A stretch of 64,000 bases of DNA, taken from contig JBJKRI010000006.1 in assembly GCA_046704725.1 (NCBI GenBank), positions 32,001 through 96,000 on the forward strand. Direction: 5' to 3'. Below the pieces are notes generated by a model. It made no database searches. It was not told the DNA's origin and was given only the letters and a program-made list of their open reading frames with translations. The position numbers and the translations under genes are program-made. This DNA comes from Candidatus Woesearchaeota archaeon. GTDB lineage: Archaea; Nanobdellota; Nanobdellia; Woesearchaeales; SKIA01. Shown piece after piece: positions 9,710 through 18,156 of the stretch. How positions within the stretch are numbered: the first letter of the stretch is position 1; each line of letters opens with the position of its first letter.

Positions 9710-9912
9710 CTCCCCACCTGCTGGGGCAGTGCAGCGAGCGGTGTTGCGCCCGACTGGATGCCGCCCGGAGCCGCTTGCGGTGCGTCCGGCGATGCGGACG
9801 TCGTGTGCACGTTGAAGCTTGTCGTCGCGAGCTCGTATGCCTGCACGCCGCTGAAGACGATCAGCACCGCCAGCACGCCGAGCACGATGTATTCGATATG
9901 TTTGCGTTTCAT
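9703..9912 (-). CDS. Small single-TM protein ending LPQQVGSC
   Basis: N-terminal TM, low-complexity linker, C-terminal Cys; start overlaps the upstream stop (TGATG). Confidence 0.8.
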   Translation of the reverse strand: MKRKHIEYIVLGVLAVLIVFSGVQAYELATTSFNVHTTSASPDAPQAAPGGIQSGATPLAALPQQVGSC

Positions 9913-10610
9913 CAGCAATCACCCACCTGTTGCGGAAGCGCCGTCGCAGCGCCGTCGCCGCCCGCGATTTGAGTGCCGAGCGAAATCATCTCCTGCGGGA
10001 AGAACAACGTCTTCCAGCGATAGACCTCTTGGAGCACCTGGGCGTCGGAGTAGTTCGTGTTGTGTATCAGCCACAGAGCGACGGACTGGAGCGCGGGCGC
10101 GTGCTGGCAGCCGCACATGTCCTGCCCTGTCGGCGTGATCTCGTAGGCGCCGATCCCGCAGCAGAACTCGCAGCTGATGCCCTTGGGCTGCGACGCGAGC
10201 CGCAGCCAACGGGCGTATCCTTGCGGGTCCTCCGTCTTGACCTCTTCTTTGAGCGCGGGATACGCGTTCGCGAGCTTGACCAAAGAGCCCTCGGGATCGT
10301 CGAAGGAGACGCCCATCGCCGCGGCGTAGTCGGGCGTGCCATGGGGCAGCATCGCCTGTTGCACCTCGGCGGGCGTCTTCCCTTGGAGAGCGAAGACCGC
10401 GTCTATGCCTTGCGCGGTGCTCTGGATGGAAGCGACGTCGACGCCGGCGAGAACGCTGGCGCCCGATGTCGGGTGGAGCCCCGGCAAGCCGATGCCCCGT
10501 TCGCTGAGCAGTACCTGGTTGAACACGAGGAACACCGCGAGGACCGCGGCGGCCCCGATGATCCATGGGACGAGCCAGGGCCCGTCCGTTTCTTTGTGAG
10601 CCATGCCCAT
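9912..10610 (-). CDS. Membrane-anchored Cys-rich protein ending LPQQVGDC
   Basis: N-terminal TM; ISCEFCCG, CGCQH and WKTLFFP motifs. Confidence 0.85.
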   Translation of the reverse strand: MGMAHKETDGPWLVPWIIGAAAVLAVFLVFNQVLLSERGIGLPGLHPTSGASVLAGVDVASIQSTAQGIDAVFALQGKTPAEVQQAMLPHGTPDYAAAMGVSFDDPEGSLVKLANAYPALKEEVKTEDPQGYARWLRLASQPKGISCEFCCGIGAYEITPTGQDMCGCQHAPALQSVALWLIHNTNYSDAQVLQEVYRWKTLFFPQEMISLGTQIAGGDGAATALPQQVGDC

Positions 10611-10737
10611 GGTTTCGTCGGGCCGGACGTTAGTTGTTGGGGCCGAAACAGCAATCCAAAGGGAGCGATAAAAGGTCTATTCCGACTAAAAATAGTTTAT
10701 TACCGTTCAGAATGAGGATATAATCATGTATAGAAAC

Positions 10738-11247
10738 TCACTTCTCGGGCGATTCTTTCGGCGCGCGCACGAAGACCTTCTTGGTGCTTCCCTTCGTCTC
10801 GCGGCTGATGAGCTCGCGCCGCTCGAGCTCGGACAATACCTGGGAGAGCTTGCTCTTGGAGAGGTCGGCACGGTACTTGAGCGTGGCCTGCGTGATGCCC
10901 TCCTCGTCGCGCACGATGCGCATGACCTTCGCCTCGTCAGCGTCGAGGGAACGCAGCATGACTGCGAACGCGTCGTCGCCGCGGAGCTTGTCGCCGTAGG
11001 TGGATACCTGGAGGAAGAACATCGTGTATATCCCCGTGGCGAGCACGAGCACCGACGGGATGAGCAACGCGATGAGCCAGTCGGTCGCGTCCTGATGGAT
11101 GCAACCCTCCGAAGTGATGCACTTGCCGCCGAGCGCGACGATCTGGTCGGCGAGGCTCGTGGAATACAGATACGAGAAATACGAGATGAGGCCGAGCGCG
11201 AGAGCGAGCACGACCAGCGCTCCACCCACCATCCGTTCGCGACGCAT
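10738..11247 (-). CDS. Membrane-anchored winged-HTH regulator (paralog 2)
   Basis: Two TM with a C-x5-C-x-H loop; GITQATLKYRADLSKSKLSQVLSELERRELI. Confidence 0.88.
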   Translation of the reverse strand: MRRERMVGGALVVLALALGLISYFSYLYSTSLADQIVALGGKCITSEGCIHQDATDWLIALLIPSVLVLATGIYTMFFLQVSTYGDKLRGDDAFAVMLRSLDADEAKVMRIVRDEEGITQATLKYRADLSKSKLSQVLSELERRELISRETKGSTKKVFVRAPKESPEK

Positions 11248-11283
11248 GGACGGGGCGACACGTTCAACGATATAAAGGATTCG

Positions 11284-12273
11284 TCAGACGGGGTTGCACG
11301 TGTTGCCCGCCGAGAAGCCCTGCACGTTCTCGATGGTCGTGTCGAGGATGCGCTGCAACGCCTCCTTGCTGTTGAAGGCGTTGTGGGGAGTGACGATAAC
11401 GTTGGGGAGATGTATGAGGATGTGTTCGGTGAGCATGCGGTGCAGGTCCACCTCGTTGCGGAACTCGGGAGAGAGAATCTGGCGCTCCTCCTTGATGTGC
11501 GACTCCTCCTCGAGCACGTCGAGGCCAGCGGCGAAGATGCGCCCGTCGGTCAATGCGGCGAACAGGGCGTCGCTGTCGACGAGTTTCCCGCGAGCGGTGT
11601 TGAGGAGGATGGCTCCATGCTTGATGCGCGAGAGATTGTCCGCGTTGAGCAAGTGGTGGGTGTGCTCGTTGTACGGGCAGTGCAAGGTGATGATATCGCT
11701 GTTCCCCAGCAAGTCGTCCAGACCGGTGTAGGTGAAGCCGAGCCTGTCTGAAAGACCGTCCTTGGGGAACGGGTCGTAGGCGAGAACAGGCATCTCGAAG
11801 CCGCGCGCGATGCGGATGACGTGCTGGCCGATGTGCCCGGTGCCGATGACGCCGAGCGTGCGTCCTTTCAGGTCGAAGCCCTGCAAGCCCTCACCGTCGA
11901 AGCTGCCCGCGCGCACGCGTGCGACAGAGGGAAAGACGCGGCGGCTGATGGTGAGCAGGAGCGCGAAAGTGTGCTCGGCCACAGTGTTCTCGCCATACGT
12001 CGGGACGTTGCACACCGTGATGTTCCGCTCCTTGCACGCGTCCAGATCGATGTGGTCGACGCCCGTGCTGCGCGTGCCGACGTAGCGCAGCTTGGGCATC
12101 TTGTCGAGGACCGCGCGCGAGACGGACGAGTAGATGAAGACGAGGATGCCCTCGGCGTCGGCCGGAGCGTTCTCCTCATCGAGGGGGCCGTCGATGAAGA
12201 CGAGGTCCTCCTGCAGGCGCTCGCGCAGATAGTCCTTCTCCCACTCCTCGCACTCGAAGACCACGATACGCAT
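11284..12273 (-). CDS. D-2-hydroxyacid dehydrogenase (D-lactate dehydrogenase-like)
   Basis: RSTGVDHID, GTGHIG, NTARG, LDVLE and TPHNA motifs. Confidence 0.95.
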   Translation of the reverse strand: MRIVVFECEEWEKDYLRERLQEDLVFIDGPLDEENAPADAEGILVFIYSSVSRAVLDKMPKLRYVGTRSTGVDHIDLDACKERNITVCNVPTYGENTVAEHTFALLLTISRRVFPSVARVRAGSFDGEGLQGFDLKGRTLGVIGTGHIGQHVIRIARGFEMPVLAYDPFPKDGLSDRLGFTYTGLDDLLGNSDIITLHCPYNEHTHHLLNADNLSRIKHGAILLNTARGKLVDSDALFAALTDGRIFAAGLDVLEEESHIKEERQILSPEFRNEVDLHRMLTEHILIHLPNVIVTPHNAFNSKEALQRILDTTIENVQGFSAGNTCNPV

Positions 12274-12380
12274 ACGCTAATCCGCGGCGTGCGCATTCTT
12301 ATACGTTTCCTCTATGGACTGTATCGCTTCTAGGCAATGGTGAACGATAGGCTTATGAACGGTCCGCGATTGCCCCGCGC

Positions 12381-12824
12381 ATGCGAAATACGCTCATCCT
12401 TATCGCCGCGCTGCTCGTGCTCGCGGCGTGCACCGCGCAAGCGCCAACGCAGCAGACGGGAATCAAGCCGGGAGCGCAGCAGCTGCCTGGGGCGGCACCG
12501 GCGACCACTGACGCGTCGAGCGCATCAGGCACGCCGTACCCGAATGGGACGGTCATCAACATCACCGCCTTCCGCTACAGCTACGACCCGGACACGATCA
12601 CGCTCAAGGGCGGGGATACCTACACGTTCCGCATGACCAGCAAGGACACGCACCACGGCCTGGCCGTGCCGCAGCTCGGCATACAGGTCTCTCCCATCGA
12701 GCCGGGACAGTGGATCACCAAGACCTTCACGATACCGAACAATCCAGGGACCTATACGGGCTTCTGCGACGTGTTCTGCGGGCCAGGACACCGCAGCATG
12801 AAGATGACGGTCGTCGTGGCGTGA
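12381..12824 (+). CDS. Cupredoxin lipoprotein with a CuA-type site (COX2-like soluble domain)
   Basis: LAAC lipobox; HG...CDVFCGPGHRSM matches H..CxxxCxxxHxxM. Confidence 0.9.
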   Translation: MRNTLILIAALLVLAACTAQAPTQQTGIKPGAQQLPGAAPATTDASSASGTPYPNGTVINITAFRYSYDPDTITLKGGDTYTFRMTSKDTHHGLAVPQLGIQVSPIEPGQWITKTFTIPNNPGTYTGFCDVFCGPGHRSMKMTVVVA

Positions 12825-12929
12825 GCTATTCTGCGAGAGCGAAATCGTTAAATACACCACGCCGGAGAGCGACCACTATGCAGTGGGAGGGGGCTCAAAG
12901 AGTCTCGCAGAAACACGGATTCTGTACTG

Positions 12930-14309
12930 ATGCTGCTGGAGTGGACGGGGTTGGTGGAAAAGACAGAGAAGCTAGTACGCATCATTGAGCACAACGGTAT
13001 CGACGAAGAGTTCCAGCCACGAGCGGAACTGAGCATGCAGCGGCTCGTGACCAGGAAGAGACTGGACTATCCCGACGCGAAGCTCACGAAACGGATATTC
13101 ATGCAATCAGTGCAGGGCCATGCGCAAGCAGGCCACAGCGGATTCTTCAGCAAGCTCCCCGACGAAGACGTGCCCATCAACGAGCACCACGTGTACCCGG
13201 ACGCGACGATGTGGGACGTCGTCGAGGCGCTCGGCGACACTGCAGAGACGCTCGCATTCACGGACGATGTCATCAGCGGATGGCAAGACTATTTCCTCGA
13301 ACTCGTGGACGTCCTGCACGCGCACAGGGACATCCTCAGAGACCATAGGCGCAACGGACGGCTCATCGCGCCGGCGCACCCATTACAAGCGAAGTACTTC
13401 GGCGCCAAGCCAGGGGACATGGTACTGACCGCGGCGCAGGTGCAAGAATACCTCGGTGGCGTGTATCTGGGAAGCGTCATGGACAGCCACGAATGGCGGC
13501 AACGAGCTGAGGAACGCTATGACTCCCTGGAGAGAATGCACAAGGGAGCAACGCTCGCGATCGACACCAAGAAGCTGCAAGCAAAAGGGATCACTATACA
13601 GGATCTGAGCCGAGGCGCGTACCGAAAGCCGCTCGGACTCGCAGAAGACGCTTCCGCAGAACAAATCCTCTCTCGGCTCTTCCGCCTCGGGATCGCGAAG
13701 AAAGGCGACCGGCACAAGACGACGTCCACGGTGCAGAACCTGTACGTCGAATTGAGCCGGGGATGCGGGACGAGCGATGACACATCGATCATCACCAGCG
13801 GGCTGATGCTGACCATGCCCGCCTCTCTCGGAGTCGAGGCTTCCGACCAGATCGACACCCTCGACAAGTTCAGCCTCTACATCGTCAACGGAGGAACGGA
13901 CGAGGATATCGGCTCGCAAGTACGGCACTTCTATGAGTACCGCATGCAACAGCCGTTCCCCCTGGAGGATGAAGCAGCGCTCGCCCTCATCCGTATCGCG
14001 GCGAAGGAATCCGACTACGCATTCAAGGTCTCGAGCTCCCAGCGATACCTGCACGCGATCGACGGGGACGGGAAGAGCGCGTTGTCGCGCCACTTGAGCT
14101 TCGTGCGGACCCTGCGAGAGTGCAAGCCCCACGACCTGGGTGGACGAATCGGGTTCTTCCGCGTGGACGGAGAGGACTTCTACGATGACGTGCGACACTC
14201 GCTGGAGGTCGCGCTCCAAGAGCGCGTGCTCCAGGACCCGAACGGCATCCTCAACGGGAAGCGCCAGCCGGTCGGCCAGTACGAGCCCGCGCTGCGTCTC
14301 GTGAGCTAA
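12930..14309 (+). CDS. Hypothetical soluble protein, 459 aa
   Basis: Long ORF with normal composition; no recognised family; true start uncertain. Confidence 0.8.
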   Translation: MLLEWTGLVEKTEKLVRIIEHNGIDEEFQPRAELSMQRLVTRKRLDYPDAKLTKRIFMQSVQGHAQAGHSGFFSKLPDEDVPINEHHVYPDATMWDVVEALGDTAETLAFTDDVISGWQDYFLELVDVLHAHRDILRDHRRNGRLIAPAHPLQAKYFGAKPGDMVLTAAQVQEYLGGVYLGSVMDSHEWRQRAEERYDSLERMHKGATLAIDTKKLQAKGITIQDLSRGAYRKPLGLAEDASAEQILSRLFRLGIAKKGDRHKTTSTVQNLYVELSRGCGTSDDTSIITSGLMLTMPASLGVEASDQIDTLDKFSLYIVNGGTDEDIGSQVRHFYEYRMQQPFPLEDEAALALIRIAAKESDYAFKVSSSQRYLHAIDGDGKSALSRHLSFVRTLRECKPHDLGGRIGFFRVDGEDFYDDVRHSLEVALQERVLQDPNGILNGKRQPVGQYEPALRLVS

Positions 14310-14345
14310 AGCTTTTTAAAGCGAATAGGGTTCACACGACCTCTT

Positions 14346-14419
14346 GGGCTCATAACTCAGCCTGGTAGAGTGACCGGCTCTTAACCGGTATGTCGGGGGT
14401 TCGAATCCCTCTGGGCCCA
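14346..14419 (+). tRNA. tRNA-Lys(CTT)
   Basis: GGGCTCA/TGGGCCC acceptor, ACCGG-CTCTTAA-CCGGT anticodon arm, GGTTCGAATCC; TATA at 14313-14320. Confidence 0.97.
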
Positions 14420-14523
14420 TTCTCTCTCACAATTTCAATGGCCTGAAGCTTGCTGGCATGATGTAGCGTTCACTGGACATTCGCGGCAGTCACCATTATA
14501 AGCCAGAATAGCTAGCCAAAGCC

Positions 14524-14652
14524 ATGGCTAATTTCCTGGCCCGTAAGAAGAAGACGAAGACAAAGCGTCCTGTGTCATTCAAGACAAAGAAAGGCACCGT
14601 CAGCTTCAGGGCACGAAGAAAACCCAAGCGACGCGTCAGGGTGAAGTTCTAG
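14524..14652 (+). CDS. 42-aa highly basic protein (not in the ORF track)
   Basis: MANFLARKKKTKTKRPVSFKTKKGTVSFRARRKPKRRVRVKF; TTATAAG box ~25 nt upstream. Confidence 0.7.
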   Translation: MANFLARKKKTKTKRPVSFKTKKGTVSFRARRKPKRRVRVKF

Positions 14653-14693
14653 GAGAATCTACCTCCTGGTGCTTGTCCTCCTTAGACTGCTTG

Positions 14694-15176
14694 CTACAAC
14701 TGCCAGAGGCTCCTCTCTGATTCTACCGGCTCTTCTTCAGTCGCAGTGATCTCAATGACGTCTACTCGCGGGCCTTGGCCTCCGATTGGACTGCCTGCAT
14801 AATTGATATCTTGAATTGCCTCCTCAAGATCCTCTCGTGCATCGGAGTTAGTATTCCCAACAAGAACCACCAGTATGACATCATAGTCCTTCATGTATCG
14901 ACGAATCTGACCTGTGAGGCGGTCAATTTGTGCTTTGGACTTGAGATCCTTCTTGAGCTCAATCCCAACGACCCTGTTTACAGCAATATCGCACAACCCC
15001 CTCCCAGATTCCTTTTTCACGACAATCTTATCTTGTGGGCCAAACATCGATTGTTGATTAAGCGCTTTACGAAGAAAATCCGTAAGGGAATCACGATATT
15101 GCAGCTCTTTACTTAGCTCGCCTGGATTCCACTGCCTTACAGCCTGCAATACATCGTCAATGATTGATCCAAACAC
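14694..15176 (-). CDS. PD-(D/E)XK nuclease-fold protein, low GC
   Basis: E...CDIAV..IELKK catalytic-like signature and RLTGQI..Y helix; AT-rich codons. Confidence 0.7.
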   Translation of the reverse strand: MFGSIIDDVLQAVRQWNPGELSKELQYRDSLTDFLRKALNQQSMFGPQDKIVVKKESGRGLCDIAVNRVVGIELKKDLKSKAQIDRLTGQIRRYMKDYDVILVVLVGNTNSDAREDLEEAIQDINYAGSPIGGQGPRVDVIEITATEEEPVESERSLWQL

Positions 15177-15292
15177 CGTACGTTGTCAGAAGAGCAGCTT
15201 TAATTCTTTTGCGATTGAACGCCAAGCCGCAAAATTAGCTCTGTCCACGGGCGAATCGTAGCGCTTATAAGGCAGGGCTCGGTGGCCCCGAT

Positions 15293-16375
15293 ATGGCAGA
15301 ACCGGTGAGCGCCCAGGCAGTCATGCAGATCGCGCACTGGCTGCCTTGGGTCTTGTCGCTCAATCCCTGGTTGTTCTTCGCGCTCATGCTCGTCGCGGCC
15401 GCCGTCGCGGCGCAAGCAGTCGTCCTGCTGCTGCGGCTTCTGACGAAACTGGTGACCGCGCGCACGAAGACCAACATCGACGACATCATCATCCGCAACG
15501 TGCACCAGCCCGTCGCGTGGGTCATCTTCAGCGCATTGCTGTACGTGGCCGTCGCGCCGTTGCCGTTGGCGAACGGCCTTGCCGTGTTCGTGAACGAAGT
15601 ACTGCTCACGGCAAACATCCTTGCGCTCGGCTTTCTCGCGCACCGCGTGGTGCGCGCCGTCTTCACCATCTGGCGACAGGAGTTCGCCACACGCACAGAG
15701 ACGACGCTCGACGACACCATGCTACCCATATTGAGCAAGTTCAGCATCGTGACGGTCTGGGCCGTAGCGGCGATCATCGCCCTAGGAGCGTGGGGCGTGC
15801 AGATAGGACCGTTCCTCGCGGGCCTGGGCATCGCGGGACTCGCCGTGGGACTGGCGTTGCAAGGGACGCTGTCCAACATCTTCGGCGGGGTGTCATTGGC
15901 GTTCGACCACGCCTACAAGGTGGGCGACAAGGTCAAGCTCGCCGACGGGACGGTCGGCGTGGTGCACGATATCTCGCTTCGCAGCACGCAGGTGCGCACG
16001 TACGACGGCGACCTGGTCATGGTGCCGAACGGCAAGATCGCAGCCGACAACATCTACACCTACGCGCAGCCCGCAAAGCAGAGCCGCGGTTCTGTGGAGT
16101 TCGGCGTGGTGTACGGCGCGGACGTGGAGAAGGTCAAGAAGCTGGTCCTGAAGACGCTCAAGGGGATCGAGAAGGTCTTGGACGATCCCGAGCCGGCCGT
16201 GTGGTTCATCGACATGGGCGCGTACGCATTGAACATGCGCGCGTACTTCTGGCTCGCCGACTACAACGACGTGTGGGTGACCGAGCGCGAAGCGACCGGA
16301 CGCATCTACGAAGCGCTCAACAAGGCGGGCATCGGCATCCCGTTCCCGACCCAGACCGTGCACGTCAAGAAATGA
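15293..16375 (+). CDS. mscS: Small-conductance mechanosensitive channel
   Basis: [41 protein letters not shown]. Confidence 0.95.
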   Translation: MAEPVSAQAVMQIAHWLPWVLSLNPWLFFALMLVAAAVAAQAVVLLLRLLTKLVTARTKTNIDDIIIRNVHQPVAWVIFSALLYVAVAPLPLANGLAVFVNEVLLTANILALGFLAHRVVRAVFTIWRQEFATRTETTLDDTMLPILSKFSIVTVWAVAAIIALGAWGVQIGPFLAGLGIAGLAVGLALQGTLSNIFGGVSLAFDHAYKVGDKVKLADGTVGVVHDISLRSTQVRTYDGDLVMVPNGKIAADNIYTYAQPAKQSRGSVEFGVVYGADVEKVKKLVLKTLKGIEKVLDDPEPAVWFIDMGAYALNMRAYFWLADYNDVWVTEREATGRIYEALNKAGIGIPFPTQTVHVKK

Positions 16376-16397
16376 ACGAGAGTTCGGAGGAGAGAAA

Positions 16398-16799
16398 ATG
16401 AAGATCACACGAAACGATACGATACAAGAGAACGACGGACCCAGCGATTGGTTCACCGGAGAAGTCAAGGTCAAGATGCTGTTCGCCGCAGAGGACCCCG
16501 CAAGAGGCGCGGGAGCGAGCGTGGCATTCTCGCCGAAAGCACGGACAGCATGGCACACCCACCCCCTCGGACAGACCCTCATCATCACAGAAGGGCACGG
16601 TCTTGTGCAGCGCTGGGGAGGACCGATCGAGAGGATCGAACCCGGGGACGTGGTCTGGTTCCCGCCCGGAGAGAAGCACTGGCACGGAGCGGCGTCGGAC
16701 AGCGCGATGACGCACATCGCGATCCAGGAACGGCTCGACGGCAAGTCGGTCGACTGGCTCGAGCACGTGACCGACGAGCAATACGGCGCGAAAGAGTGA
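16398..16799 (+). CDS. Cupin-domain protein
   Basis: [14 protein letters not shown] and PGEKHWHGA motifs. Confidence 0.93.
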   Translation: MKITRNDTIQENDGPSDWFTGEVKVKMLFAAEDPARGAGASVAFSPKARTAWHTHPLGQTLIITEGHGLVQRWGGPIERIEPGDVVWFPPGEKHWHGAASDSAMTHIAIQERLDGKSVDWLEHVTDEQYGAKE

Positions 16800-16863
16800 A
16801 GCGCCGACAACAGCTGTTCAGCGACCGTACAGGCAGAACCCAGCAAGGGACAACGAAGCGGGT

Positions 16864-17391
16864 TCAGCCATGCGTGAAGGGGACCGGTCCGCTCCAGCGA
16901 CCGTCCTCTTTCTCACGAAGATAGATAGTGTCGATGGGGAACTCCGTTCCAACAAGCCCGCCGAGGCGTTCCATCCGATCATCCACCGGGCCCGCGACGA
17001 TGTGCGGACGGTACCTGTCAAAGAAGACGATGTTCGAGAAGCTCCCTGCGATGAGCAGGTGAAGCGCCAGCCGCTGCCGCCAGGCATGCAGGTCCTCACC
17101 TTCAAGCGTGAGCGCCGCCAAGTCCTCGCGCGGTCCGAAACGCTCGACGCCAGTTATGCGCGCGCGTACGGGAAGCTCTTGCACATGCTCCCCTAGGATA
17201 GAACGCACTTCGTGAGGGGTTGAGACGAGATACGGTTGGCGCAGGAGCGTGATATGAAAACCGATGCCATCCGGCGTATAGCCGAGCGCGCCCAACTGGC
17301 CCCCCAACGGAGGTGCCGTGTATACCAGGAAATCCGCCTCCTCGTCCAGGACGCTCCGTGCCAAGGGACCGCTGCATGGATTGATGCGCAT
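16864..17391 (-). CDS. 2H phosphoesterase (2'-5' RNA ligase-like) family protein
   Basis: FHITL and YRPHIV paired His motifs (second degenerate). Confidence 0.7.
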   Translation of the reverse strand: MRINPCSGPLARSVLDEEADFLVYTAPPLGGQLGALGYTPDGIGFHITLLRQPYLVSTPHEVRSILGEHVQELPVRARITGVERFGPREDLAALTLEGEDLHAWRQRLALHLLIAGSFSNIVFFDRYRPHIVAGPVDDRMERLGGLVGTEFPIDTIYLREKEDGRWSGPVPFTHG

Positions 17392-17422
17392 ATGGATGGA
17401 GAACGACGCGTCCTATATGAAA

Positions 17423-18031
17423 CTACACTCCGACGCCGATGCTCGCCAAATAGCCCGTGACGCCGTTGAAGATGAACTGCGCCGCGATGACGAGCACGAT
17501 GAGGCCGAGGATGCGCTCTGCGATGTTCGCGCCGTTCTCGCCGAGCACGTTGCTCAGAACGCTCGAGAAGCGCAGGAACAGCCAGCTCACGATGGCGACG
17601 AGCACGATGGCGACACCGATGAAGACGTACGACGAGAGGGACGCCGATTGGGCGAGGACGAGCGTGGCGGCCATGGAGCCGGGGCCCGCCAATAGCGGGA
17701 TGGCCACAGGGATGATGGCCACGTCATTCGAGGGTTTTTCCATGCCCTTGTAGAAGTCCTTGGAGAGCATGGAAAAGGCGATCTTGCCGAGGTACAGTCC
17801 GCCGGCAACGCGGAAGGCGTAGATGGTCACGCTGAAGAAATGCATGAGGGCCTGGCCGAGGACCAAGAAGATGAGGAGCGTGACCGCGAACGCTATTGCC
17901 GCGGTGTAGGCGAGGCGGTACTTGCGCTTTTTCGCCTCGTGCGCGGTGAGCCCGTCGAAGACGAAGGCAGCGCTGATCGGATTGACGATGGGAAACAGCG
18001 TTCCGAAGGCGACGAGGATCTCGGCGATCAT
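17423..18031 (-). CDS. MarC family membrane protein
   Basis: LFPIVNP, AFRVAGG, PVAIPLLAGPG, ERILGL. Confidence 0.95.
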   Translation of the reverse strand: MIAEILVAFGTLFPIVNPISAAFVFDGLTAHEAKKRKYRLAYTAAIAFAVTLLIFLVLGQALMHFFSVTIYAFRVAGGLYLGKIAFSMLSKDFYKGMEKPSNDVAIIPVAIPLLAGPGSMAATLVLAQSASLSSYVFIGVAIVLVAIVSWLFLRFSSVLSNVLGENGANIAERILGLIVLVIAAQFIFNGVTGYLASIGVGV

Positions 18032-18156
18032 GCCTCGTTCCCGGAGAGGTTGTTTTTAAGGGTTGGGGAGCTGAAAAATTTCTCACGCGGTCGCAAAATA
18101 TTCGACCGGACAGACACGGGCGCAAGGGTTAGAAGCGAGTGCAGCATCGACCCTTT

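Noticed and set aside
9703-9917. Cys-TGA endings as Cys-Sec motifs
   Set aside because: Both TGAs overlap the next gene's start region (translational coupling); no SECIS or Sec machinery seen
9710-9922. N-terminal extension of the rhodanese ORF as listed in the track
   Set aside because: Overlaps the real small TM gene; the signal peptide begins at TTG 9709
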